Source of the DNA: Octopus vulgaris
Taxonomy: Eukaryota
Length of the DNA stretch: 64,000 nucleotides
Direction: 5' to 3'
Assembly (NCBI GenBank): GCA_951406725.2
Contig: OX597818.1
Coordinates: 106,640,001-106,704,000, forward strand
Shown here: piece after piece, positions 52,800 to 64,000 of the stretch
How the letters are laid out: every line of letters begins with the position of its first letter
Position numbering within the stretch: position 1 is the first letter of the stretch
The notes under the pieces: generated by a model
What the model was told of the DNA's origin: nothing
Seen by the model: the letters and a program-made list of their open reading frames with translations, nothing else
The model's database searches: none
Program-made: the position numbers and the translations under genes

Positions 52800-54275
52800 A
52801 TCCCAGTCAGTCATCCCGGTTTTCAAACAGGGAAACAGATCCCTCGCACTCAACTATCGCCCAATCTCACTCACCTCCCACATCATTAAAGTGTTTGAAA
52901 GAGTGTTAAGATCAAGGATAGCTGACTTCCTGGAGACCCACAAACTCCTAAATGCAAATCAGCATGGCTTTTGCTGTGGCAAGGGCTGTCTAACACAGCT
53001 CTTACACCACATTGAAGATGTACTCAAAGCCTTGGGAACAGGTTCGAACTCTGATGTCATATATCTTGACTTCAGTAAAGCGTTCGACAGGGCAGACCAC
53101 AATATCCTACTCTCAAAATTGGCAAATGTTGGAATCCGTGGAAAAGTTCTACACTGGATTAAGTATTTCCTGGCGAATAGAACACAACATGTTGTAGTTG
53201 ATGGAGTCCACTCAAGCCCAGCAAAAGTCACCAGCGGTGTCCCCCAGGGGACTGTCTTGGGTCCGCTACTCTTCATAATTTACATAAACGACCTTTCCAG
53301 CGTCGTACATTACTGCAAAACGAAAATATTTGCTGATGACACTAAGCTCCAGCAAATCGTCAATGAAGAAGCAGACCGAACTCAACTCCAGTCTGATCTA
53401 TATGCTGTGAGTCAATGGGTAGACAGAAACAAAATGCAACTGAACGAGGGAAAATTTGAGCTGATGCATTTTGGAAGAAATTCCTCACTAAAACAGCCAT
53501 ACTCTCTTCCGTCAGGGGAACCGCTCACAGCCTCTAACAATATCAGAGACCTGGGTGTAATTGTTGATGACGATCTCAGTTGGAGTGCACACATCAACAA
53601 GAAGGTCGATATAGCTCGTAAGATGAGTTCCTGGATCTTAAGAACTTTCCGGTCCAGAGAACAAGGTGTCATCATACCACTTTTCTCCTCCTTTTTACGG
53701 CCAGACCTCGAATACTGCTGCCCACTGTGGTCTCCCCATACAAGACAAAACATCTCGAGGATTGAATCATCCCAGAGGGCACTCACTAAACGAATTGAAG
53801 GCATGGCTGCTCTCGATTATTGGGATCGCCTTAAAGCCTTGAAACTCTACTCTCTCCAGCGTCGCCGTGAGCGGTACATCATTTGTACGATGTAGATAAT
53901 ATACCGCCAACTTTGCCCAAACGACCTGAACATTAGCTTCAAGGTTCATCCAAGACTGGGACCACAGGCCATACGTCCCCTGCCCAATTCAAGATCACAG
54001 CATACATGTACACTGCAACATAATTTCTTTTCCACAACAGGCCCTGCCCTATTTAACATTGTCCCGAAAGAGATCAAAGAGGAAAAGGATCCCATCAACT
54101 TTAAACGGAGTCTGGATAGATTCCTTCAAGGAATACCAGATAAGCCACACATAACTGGATACAACTCACCCAACAAAAACTCACTACTTGAATGGACCAT
54201 AAACAAAACTTGACTTAAACAGGATTCAAATAATCCTATCAGGTGGTGCTATTAAGTTAGACCAATCTTTGGTCG
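52800..54275 (+). mobile_element. 5'-truncated CR1-like LINE with an open RT ORF (52891-53895)
   Basis: Encodes NQHGF, YLDFSKAFD, SGVPQGTVLGPLLF, FADD, RDLGV and LEYC..WSP; inserted at (TA)n. Confidence 0.92.
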
Positions 54276-54284
54276 AAATATATA

Positions 54285-54679
54285 TACTCTTTTACTTGTT
54301 TCAGTCATTTGACTGCGGCCATGCTAGAGCACGGCCTTTAATCGAGCAACTCGACCCCGGGACTTATTCTTTTTGTAAGCCCAGTACTTATTCTATCGGT
54401 CTCTTTTGCCGAACCGCTAAGTAACGGGGACATAAACACATGAGCATCGGTTGTCAAGCAATGCTAGGGGGACAAACACAGACACACACAAACACACACA
54501 CATATATATATATATACATATATACGACGGGCTTCTTTCAGTTTCCGTCTACCAAATCCACTCACAAGGCTTTGGTCGGCCCGAGGCTATAGTAGAAGAC
54601 ACTTGCCCAAGATGCCACGCAGTGGGACTGAACCCGGAACCATGTGGTTGGTAAACAAGCTACTTACCACACAGCCATT

Positions 54680-54681
<2 letters not shown>
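54285..54681 (-). mobile_element. SINE family A
   Basis: Near-identical to 8997-9422. Confidence 0.9.
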
Positions 54682-54759
<78 letters not shown>

Positions 54760-54863
54760 TACGCTCGCTTTGATACCATGAGTTGAGGTGATGTCTTCTA
54801 GTGCCTTCAAATTTAATACACAATTATTAATAATTGAGACGCAATTATTTAAAATTGAAGAGT

Positions 54864-54954
54864 CCTACGCTGAGGAGGAAAATAGTCAGGTAAGACATAA
54901 TTATTTAATTTTTATGCTCTGCAACGACGTAATTCCGAAACGTGCGTCCGTAGG
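54864..54954 (+). ncRNA. Type I hammerhead ribozyme with long stem II
   Basis: CCUACG-CUGAGGA-GGAA..(~52 nt)..UUCC-GAA-ACGUGCGU-C-CGUAGG; 6-bp stem I, canonical core, GUC site. Confidence 0.8.
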
Positions 54955-55249
54955 TAACTTAATATAGAATGATTTTCGTCATTTCTTTCTCTTTTGCCTG
55001 CGTCGTTTGTTTTTTAAGTGCTTTGGTTTTACTGGGATCTCCCTTTTAAGTAGAAAGAATAGCCAAAACTTTTTGACTGCTATTTCTAAATTCGGTATGT
55101 GGTGAGGCAAATCGTTGCTGAACCCTTAATCACTTAGTATTACTTAAACCTTCCTTGAATGGGTCTTTTACATGCCGAACTCTACTTGGTGAAATTAATG
55201 ATTATTTCTAAATTAATTAATTAATTTCACTCTTTATTATTGATGAGTT

Positions 55250-56680
55250 GATGTCCACAGCTTTGTGCGCCGTGTCCGGTTGGGTGCGCATTACCACGAC
55301 TCGCCACCCACACCCAACGAAGAGGACGACTGCTTCACTGGCCTGGGCCGCCGACCATCCCCGTGGACGCCTGCCCCTGGCCAGATCCTAGCAGTGGATC
55401 TTTTCGCGGGCGCTTGTCAGCGTGCATTGGAGCGGTTCAACTTCTCCAGGCGCCAACGCCGCCTCAACATCTCCCCGGCTGAGCTCTTGGCTCTTCGTTC
55501 CCTCCAACGGCGCGCTGACATTATCATCAAACCGGCTGACAAGGGTGGAGCTGTAGTGGTGTGGCGCGCGGACCTCTATAGGGCCGAGGCTTTCCGCCAA
55601 CTCAATGACACCTCCTTCTATTCCCCTCTGCCCTCTAACCCCACACGTAGCTACCAACAGACGGTATCCTCTACTGTCCAAGACCTCATCTCGTCCTCCC
55701 GTCTCCCCCGCACCGCATCCAACGTCCTTCATCCTTTCACCCCTACTCCCCTTCCCTTCTTCCCTCTTTCTCCCTCCCTCTTCCCCTTCCCTCTGCTCCC
55801 TCACTCCCTCTCTCCCCTTCTCTCTCCCCCTCTCCCTCTTTCCTCCTTCATCCCCCTCATCCCCTTCCTTCTCCCCCATCCTCTCCTCTCCCCCTTCTCC
55901 TCCCCCTCTTATTCCCCTCCCCTTCTCTCCCCCTCTTCTCCCCCTCCCCCTCTTCTCCCCTCCCCCTCTTCTCCCCTCCCCCTCTTCTCCTCACTACACC
56001 ACATGACTTTACACATCACATCACATATGATGTGCCATACTAATACACACACCAACTAATACATACTAATACGTACTAATACATACTAGTACATACTAAT
56101 ACTTACACCAACCCTATACATACACACGTCCAGACCCGCATACGCACTTATATACTCTCTCACACACACACACAGACACCTATACATACCAATACGTACT
56201 AATACATACTAATACATACTAATACATACACCAACCCCATACATACGCACGTCCAGACCAATCTTACGCACTAATACTCTCTCATACACACACACACACA
56301 CACACACACCCTTATACATACTAATACATACACCAACCCTATACATACACACATCCAGACCCCTCCCACGCACTTTTAGCTGGTCCCTCAACCCTTTTAT
56401 CAACCCTATTATCTCCCCTTATTTCGCTCTCGCGTCTCATGTTTGATCTTTGACCTCTGGCCGAAATCAGATCGCCATGTTGATTCGTTAGCTACTGCAC
56501 GCATTTTTTTCTCTCCTTCTTTCTGTGTTTTTCTCTCTCTGTGTATCTTTCTGTTGAAGAGCGTAGGCTCGAAACGTTAAAGACTTGTTTTATTTATATT
56601 TCCTGAGCGCCATACTAATACAATTGTTCGTTTGTTTTCCACCTGCCTTCGTCTTTTGTTTATTTTCATAAAGCCTCCCG

Positions 56681-56682
<2 letters not shown>
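55250..56682 (+). mobile_element. Penelope-like element remnant (RT N-terminus, low-complexity insert, 3' pLTR)
   Basis: Encodes FVRRVRL..NISPAELLALRSL..DIIIKPADKGGAVVVW, the Penelope ADKG motif; terminal hammerhead-like motif, then (TA)n. Confidence 0.8.
56546..56583 (+). ncRNA. Minimal hammerhead-like motif (A6U variant)
   Basis: UCUUU-CUGUUGA-A-GAGC(GUAG)GCUC-GAA-ACGU-U-AAAGA. Confidence 0.55.
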
Positions 56683-56731
<49 letters not shown>

Positions 56732-56759
56732 CGCACATACTATATTATATTACGGTATA

Positions 56760-56940
56760 GTCTAGTGGTGGTCTGCCGTTGGACAGGTCCTGTGCACGTG
56801 ATCCTTCTCCAGCGCTCCCTATACCAGGCAGGGTCCCGTACTGCACACCTGCTGTCGTCGTCGTCCAGATTACCGGGACTTCTGCTACCATGACAAGACT
56901 TGGGGTGAATACTGGAGTGGTTTTCCGTTGCCTTCTCAAG
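56760..56940 (-). mobile_element. RTE-related short element
   Basis: GAGAAGGCAACGGAAAACCACTCCAGTATTC resembles the Bov-A/RTE terminal motif; also encodes YRERWRRI. Confidence 0.5.
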
Positions 56941-57237
56941 GCGAGTGGGATTCGAACTCAGAACGTAGAAAGCTGTAAGATATACCTTAAAGCCTTTCTG
57001 CCAACGCTTCCACCCGCAGAACAACGTGAAATGAAGTGTTTTGATAAAAACTTCAACGTGCCGCCCCGTCCGGGAATCGATCTACGATCTAGTGAAGCAC
57101 CCTAACCACCGGGTCATGCTCCTTTTATATTATATTATATCATGTATGTATGTATGTATGTATGTATGTATGTATGTATGTATGTATGTATGTATGTATG
57201 TATGTACGTACGTACGTGTGTGTGTGTGTGTGTGTGC

Positions 57238-57288
<51 letters not shown>

Positions 57289-58699
57289 TGTGTGTGAAGT
57301 GAATAAGAATGACTTTTCCGATAATTATTTCCAATTTCACGATTAGATGTCTACTAATCGTATAATCGTATCACGAACTTTTTTCTTTTTTCATTAATCA
57401 ATTTCTTTTTTCAATATATGAAAAAGGTCCATGATCTGAGATTGCGTTACTCGCTTCAGAGCAATTTCCAGACTCTTCTGCTTTGGTGTCAGAGGTTTTT
57501 TTGAAGTTTGCTTTAGATTTCGTCCGTCACTCGGTGGGGGTATTACAAAGTCACACACATGCGCACAAATACAGACACACACACATATACATACATACAT
57601 ACATACATACATACATACATACATACATACATACATACATGCATACATGCATACATGCGTACTTACATACACACATACACACATATGTATGTGTACATGC
57701 ACACATAGACACACTGACACGCATATATAAGGCGTTGAACACAGGCTGAGATAGGTCAAAATAAAAACAAATGGAATAAATATGCCAAAAAGAAAGAAGA
57801 AAAATAGATTGTGTAGTATTTCATGGAACGAATTTTGCATTTTAGACCATAGTGCTTCTTGAGTAGACAAAGAGGCTATGCTTGTGTATTTTTATGATGG
57901 TCAGTAGAAGGTGATTTTAGGGGTCGATTCATATCTATATTGCTGTGTAACTAAACACACACACACACACAGAGTATTGAATATCAACTGAGATAAAAAA
58001 AAAAAAAGGTTTGTCAGCTTTAGGTCATGGAGATCTCTTTTTAGTATAAAAATTTGATTACCTTCTGTTTTAAGGGTTCACAAAAAGAACATAAGTAAGT
58101 GGAAAACCTAGTAGGTCAATAGTGTTCTTTACTTGTTGTTGATGTTATTTGAACGCTAGTTAGGGGCTGTAACCTATTTATATTGAGATGGTTGAGGTTA
58201 TTTTAAACTTCAGTCAAGCATGTAAGACTTTGTAATTAGAAGTGTTTATTCGTGTCAGCTATAGGTCATGGTGATTTTAGTATATAAATTTGTTCATCTT
58301 GTGTTTCAAGGTTCACAAAATAATGTAGGCAGGTATAAAGGTTTGTTGGCCAACAAGTTTCTAATTAGGCGTTAATTGTTCTTGAAGTTTTTTTTTTTTT
58401 CAATATTTAGAAGGTTTGACCCGTGTGTTTCGGGGACTATATTTTTATAAATATTTCTTCTATTCAATTACAAGCATGAGTATTAGTAATTATATTTACG
58501 CTATTTTGAACCAATGAATATACGCAAATGTGGGACATTATAAAATTGCGTGTATATATTTATATATATAGAAAATAAGTAATTAATTAATACACGAAAC
58601 GTTTCTAAGACATGTTAATCTCCTAGCATCATTGTACAATATGCATGTGTGTGTATGTGTGTATCTGTATGTATGCGCTTATATTGGAATTTTTGTGTG

Positions 58700-61345
58700 G
58701 ATATTTTGATTGAAAGCTGGAGAACTTTCAGATAATTTCTTCAGTACTGATTTAGTGGAAAACTGTGATGTTAGTGTTTATGCATATCATGTGGATGGCT
58801 TACGGGCGTGTGGGGGGAGAAGTAGGCAAAATATTATCATTAAAAAAAGCTATTAGTTTAAAATCTCTTAGCGTTTAGAATATTTTGTCTTCGCGGGAAG
58901 AGACTAATTCAGAGTGTCATTTCAATATTTGATTTTTAAATATGAGAATATTGTTGGATTCATAGGAATAAAGTTGGCAGAGTTTCTTGTTACATTGATA
59001 TGGTGGCGCGTTTATCAATATTTTCTAATTAATCTTAAAAAGGAATATTCTTTGGTTGTAATGTACAAATATGTTTGGTAAGTGAGGCGTCATTTTTACT
59101 GTTTAGGTTCCTGAAAATATGTATGTCTTGGTTGTATCATGTCTTGAACTGGTTTACTGATGACCCTCTCTATGTGAATGTAGTAAGTGGTATAATGTTC
59201 ATGGTTATAGTTGCGTTATAAACAATATTGCTTCTGAAACAGTTTGATATTACAAGATAGGATGCAAAAGCCATGAAGTTGCAATTATTATTTCCATGTA
59301 TGTAGTTTGGGTTTTCACTTTTAAAGTATAATAGGTGAGCATAGGTGACCACAAGATTTTCGAAGTTCTAAGTTGTAGAATACATTTTGATGTTGTGTTT
59401 ATTTATGTATATGTGATACTTGTTCAAATGGGGAGCTTCATTGTATGCAGTAGCTATTTCATTGAGTGGATTTTCGTTGGAAGATAAAGAAGAAAATCTT
59501 AGAGATATGTTACTTACTAGGTTTTTAATTATACCTTTGGGATGGCTGGATTGCCTATCCATATACTGAATATTTTCGTTTTCTGTACTGGATTCTAGGT
59601 CGAAGGTAAGATCGAGACTGCTGATTGATTTTAAATGTGTTTCTACATAAATTAAGAAGACGAGATTATAAAAAAGTGATATAGCTCTTTTCTATATTTA
59701 CCGGTTGTTGTGGGTTGTATTTTCTTAGGTGGAGCTGATAGTCGTCCTTGTAGAGACGGCCTGAGACAAGAAAAAATTGGCTTAGTAAGTTTGCTAATGT
59801 GTAGAGTTGACAATATAGCTTACATCGAGTGGTTCTGCTAAGTTTTTCTTACTCCAGAATGCATTGTTGTGAAAAGGAAGGGACTTCCATGCTTTTAGTA
59901 TTGCTTTTTTTGTGCCTTAGTATCGTTTATTGTAGTTAATGTTTTTAGAAAGTTCAAAGCAGTCGTAAGTATTGGCTTTGCTATTCATATTTAATAGTCT
60001 TTGATGTCAAACTGAAGAAATGGCAAATAATTTTGTTTGGAATATTTTCCCTCCAATATATTACCTCGTTTGTGATATTCCAGAGATGCAATGTTGACTT
60101 TGCTTTACTTCTGGTGAGAATTAGTCTATGATTCTTTTAGTAATAATGCCTAAATCTGGTTTTGAAGGGTTTATAAGTCTGACGGATGAGTTGCCATTGC
60201 GATTGGTCTTTTATGGTTGATATAGGAATTTTGGCATTAATATGTCTACTCTATCATCGATTGTAAACCTGGAGGCTATTTTTTGGCTGTGATGTTTATA
60301 TCATTTATGGTTATATATTTTGTTTTCCCTTTTTTTTCACTGTGTTGGAGATTGTATTAGATAGAAAGAAAGACAAGCAGAGATTGTTTATCTTGTCCGA
60401 TGTTACAAATAAATTTGTGCTGGTTTTGTTGTCGTTGATTTCCTGCTTCAGCTATTTCTGCGGTGTATTAGTTCGCTTGCTAAGTTTTATTTCCTTCGTC
60501 ATTGCCAATAAATCATCTTCAAAGTGTTGCAGTGATGGATTAGTTGGTGCGAACTTCACTGTCGTGAATCCATAGTTGTTGCTGAGATGTTCGTTCCGTT
60601 GATCTTTTTAAAGAATAGTAAATTTTCCATCTAATTTTCAAGCTAAAATTTCTCGTTTATTTTTGCAATAGCGTTTTCAGGTAATGCTTTTTGGTTAGTA
60701 ATGTAGTTTTTTTTTCATAAAGAAGTGTATTGTGTGTTGTCGCATCTTTACTTGTTGGTCAATTAATGTTAGAAAAGAACTTACTTCGGAACGAAGCCTT
60801 TACGTTAATGTCTGTTTCTACGTCGAATCATAATTCAAACAATTTTACATTAAACTGAAGGATTACCCAATACTTTTTGTCGGGTACATATTAATCTTTT
60901 AAATGAACCGTGTTGACAATGGCTTGATTGTTTCGGCCTGCTTAGCCTTCATCAGACTGGACTACATTTGAGTTCATCTTGGCTTTATATAGTCTCTGGC
61001 AAGTTTATTTTATTGGGGTAGATGAAGTTGTGTTGAATGATAATTAAGTTGTGGAGTAAAATATGATGGAAGATTTTTTTTTTATTACATTTAGAATTAT
61101 GTTATTGTTCAGAGTTCAGTAATACCCTGCAACCTAATTACCATTCATTATAGCCTCACCTAACCCAGAAAAAAAAAACTTACCAGGGAATATATAAAGC
61201 CAAGATGAACGCAAATGTACCAGAGTCCGATGAAGGCTAAGCAGGCCTAAACTTTGGGGTCACTTTCAATACTATCTTTGTAGAATAAATATATATTCTA
61301 CAAAAAGTATTGAGTAATAATTCAGTTTAATGTAAAATTGTTTTT
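58700..61345 (-). mobile_element. Decayed Penelope-like element with inverted 5' pLTR
   Basis: Remnant peptides NLFVTSDK, VRLINPSKPDLGII, FLQFDIKD, LYKDD and HPKGIIKNL..LSSNE; 60836-60990 is inverted at 61190-61345. Confidence 0.8.
60908..60960 (-). ncRNA. Hammerhead motif in the Penelope pLTR (stem I decayed); inverted degenerate copy at 61222-61266 (+)
   Basis: CUGAUGA-A-GGC(UAAGCAG)GCC-GAA-ACAAU(CAAGCC)AUUGU-C. Confidence 0.6.
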
Positions 61346-61574
61346 ATTCGGCGAAGTGACAGAATCGTTAGCACGCCGGACAAGATGCTTAGCAGCATTT
61401 TGTCCGTCCTTACGTTCTTTTATCCTTTCGAGGGTCCATGAAATAAGTACCAGTTGAACACTGGGGTTCAATGAAACCCTTCCGCTGGTTATGAAACATA
61501 TGTGATCTGGATTTATTCCGTTCCTTAATTTTTAGATGTTTATTCGTACACACACACACACACACACACACAAA

Positions 61575-62564
61575 GGTGTGAAACTGTGTTTTAGCAATTG
61601 GTTGATGGTTGCACCATCATACGATGTAGTGAAGCACTGGCATCGCCAGTTCAAATGTGGTCGGACATCGGTGGAAACTGCTCATATTCTGGACGACCAC
61701 ATTCCGCCATTGATGACGACACCATAAAGAGTCGCGCCGCATAACTATTCGGCAATTAGCCCAAGAAGTGAAGATAAGTGTAGGACCCATGGAAAAGAAC
61801 ATTCACGACCATTTGCACACGCGGAAGTTATCTGCACGGTGGATTTTCCGGTTGCTCATAGCTTTTCAGAAGCAGGAACGAGTCAATTGCTCCTAGGCCC
61901 TTTTGGCAATGTGCCAAGAAAACGAGAACATTTTCGGCTGACTTATCACACAGGATGCAACTTGGATCCGCCATTATGATCCTGAGACTAAAATCCAGTC
62001 GAAGCAATGGAAGCATGATAACTCACAACCTCAGCAGGAAAGGTGATGCTCACAGTCTTTTGGGACCAGCGCGGAGTAGTGGTGATGGATTTTCTGGCAA
62101 AGGGCAACACAGTTAACGGGGCATGTTATGTTTTTCTGCTGCAGAAATTGCGGGACGCCATCAAATCAGAGGCGTAGCATGCTGACCAAAGGAGTCCGCC
62201 TCCTCCAAGACAACAATGCGCATGTTCCCCAGATGAAAGTACACTCCTGTGGCTATGAAATCCATCTTTATCCCTCTTACTTTCCCAACCTCGCATCATC
62301 TGACTTCCACCACTTTTCAACCATGAAGTCTTTTTTGTAGGCGAAGCACTTTTCGGATGATGGTAAACTTATTTCCGAGATAGAATCTCGGCTCCAGACG
62401 CACCCAACCAACTTCTACAGACGAGGTCTTCAAAGCTGCATAAAGCAATAGAAGTGTTTCACCATTGGTGGTGGCCATGCAGAGAAGGACTAATAATGCC
62501 AAGTTTCGTTTATTCCAGTTCTTGGAAAGTGGGTCTGGGGGAAATATTTAAAGAAAACCCCTCG
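61575..62564 (+). mobile_element. Decayed mariner transposon
   Basis: Encodes WIRHYDPETKIQSKQWK, GKVMLTVFWD, LLQDN and YFPNLASSD; right end ..CCCCTCG. Confidence 0.85.
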
Positions 62565-62586
62565 TGTTTGTGAGCATATAGGAGCA

Positions 62587-63002
62587 TATAAAAAAATATA
62601 TAATATATATCATGTAAAAAAATAAAAGTTCATCGTTTAGTAATATTATTAAATAATTATTCAGGTAAAAGAAGCCTTATAGTTAAGAAGGGAACCATAT
62701 TTACTTATCCCTATGGCCATTTCAGGGGTGTATTATGTTTAAAGCACTAGGGTGCATCCAGATAATACCTCCTTCGTCAGGGGAAAAATATATATAAACA
62801 TAAAGATAGACATCGTAACGTACCAAGCCAGCACAATGATGTTTGCTTTCCTATTGAGGCATTCATGCTCGGATAGCCCAAAGGAGAGAGATAAGTAAAT
62901 ACGGTTCCCTTCTTAACTATAAGGCCTCTTTTACCTGAATAATTATTTAATAAGATTTCTAAACGATGAACTTTTATTTTTTTTACATGATATATATTAT
63001 AT

Positions 63003-63013
<11 letters not shown>
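62587..63013. mobile_element. Penelope-type inverted pLTR module at (TA)n
   Basis: ~120-bp inverted arms 62587-62709 and 62890-63013 with a few mismatches, enclosing a hammerhead. Confidence 0.75.
62708..62784 (-). ncRNA. Type I hammerhead ribozyme, canonical core, long stem II
   Basis: UCCC-CUGACGA-AGGAGGUAUUAU...AUAAUACACCCCU-GAA-AUGGCCAU-A-GGGA; AUA site with cleavage between 62712 and 62711. Confidence 0.8.
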
Positions 63014-63066
<53 letters not shown>

Positions 63067-63454
63067 TATATATTTTTATATACCTATATATTTTTATATA
63101 TTACTTATATTATATTTTTACTTTCTACGTCTTTTTAAAAAAAATGTATTTTTTCTGAATCGCTAAAATATTAACTCTAAATTTTGATGAAGAAAAAAAA
63201 GATTTTTTCTCGCACCTTATTATTATTATATGCTTGTCTGCTTATACAGATGAATTATGTTCCATCTTGCGGGATGTTTATATGTATATTCTATGATTAA
63301 ATGTTCGAATTATGAAATGATATGCGGATGACCTTGCATTTGTTTGTTCAATAATTTTAGTTTGATATTTTTGTCTCTTTCAATAGAGCACTTCTATAGC
63401 AGTCCTATTAATCTTTTTGTTCCTCACAGGAAACAATCACTGTATTATTGATAT

Positions 63455-63548
<94 letters not shown>

Positions 63549-63854
63549 GTGTGTGTGATTGTGTATAGAAGAATATATTAATAAAAAAGAATTCCAACCT
63601 TGTCTGATTTTCACGTTTTATTTACAATCTTATAATGATATATTATAAGATAATATATTATAATTGAATAAAATAAAATGAAATAGTAGAATGTTAAATA
63701 TTCATTCTGATTGAACTAGTACTTTCATGCATTGAATTCTGCAATCTTCGGGTTCATGTAGTAGTGTTGACAGTCATGCTTCACAATTTTTGACTGTATA
63801 TATATATATACACATATAACACATATATACACATATATACACATATACACATAT

Positions 63855-63897
<43 letters not shown>

Positions 63898-63902
63898 CAC
63901 AT

Positions 63903-63955
<53 letters not shown>

Positions 63956-64000
63956 AATATATATATATACACACATATATATATATATACACACATATAC

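Noticed and set aside
52891-53895. 334-aa ORF as a host gene
   Set aside because: It is the RT of a 5'-truncated CR1-like LINE, with no endonuclease and a premature stop.

Overview
AT-rich, repeat-saturated eukaryotic DNA, very probably octopus (Octopus sp.), judged from the SINE families and the (TA)n/(GA)n/(ATT)n microsatellite load. The only supportable host coding sequence is one minus-strand signal-peptide exon (391-271, phase-1 GT donor), so the gene runs off the left edge. The rest is a dispersed 5S rRNA copy (26022-26141, minus) and many mobile elements: three SINE families, CR1-like and RTE LINE fragments, two tandem Tx1/L1-clade elements, R4/Dong-like tails in (AAT)n, Tc1/mariner, hAT- and pogo-type MITEs, a 302-bp foldback, and several Penelope-like elements. 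The most striking signal is a set of at least nine type I hammerhead-ribozyme motifs of several designs, mostly in Penelope pseudo-LTR-like modules at (TA)n tracts. They include two identical minimal hammerheads 362 nt apart with a compensatory U3-A8 core, which look like a retrozyme unit, and a module whose inverted duplication starts at the predicted cleavage site. All calls were made by eye: boundaries are approximate and ribozyme activity is untested. Most ORFs in the supplied track are microsatellite artefacts.
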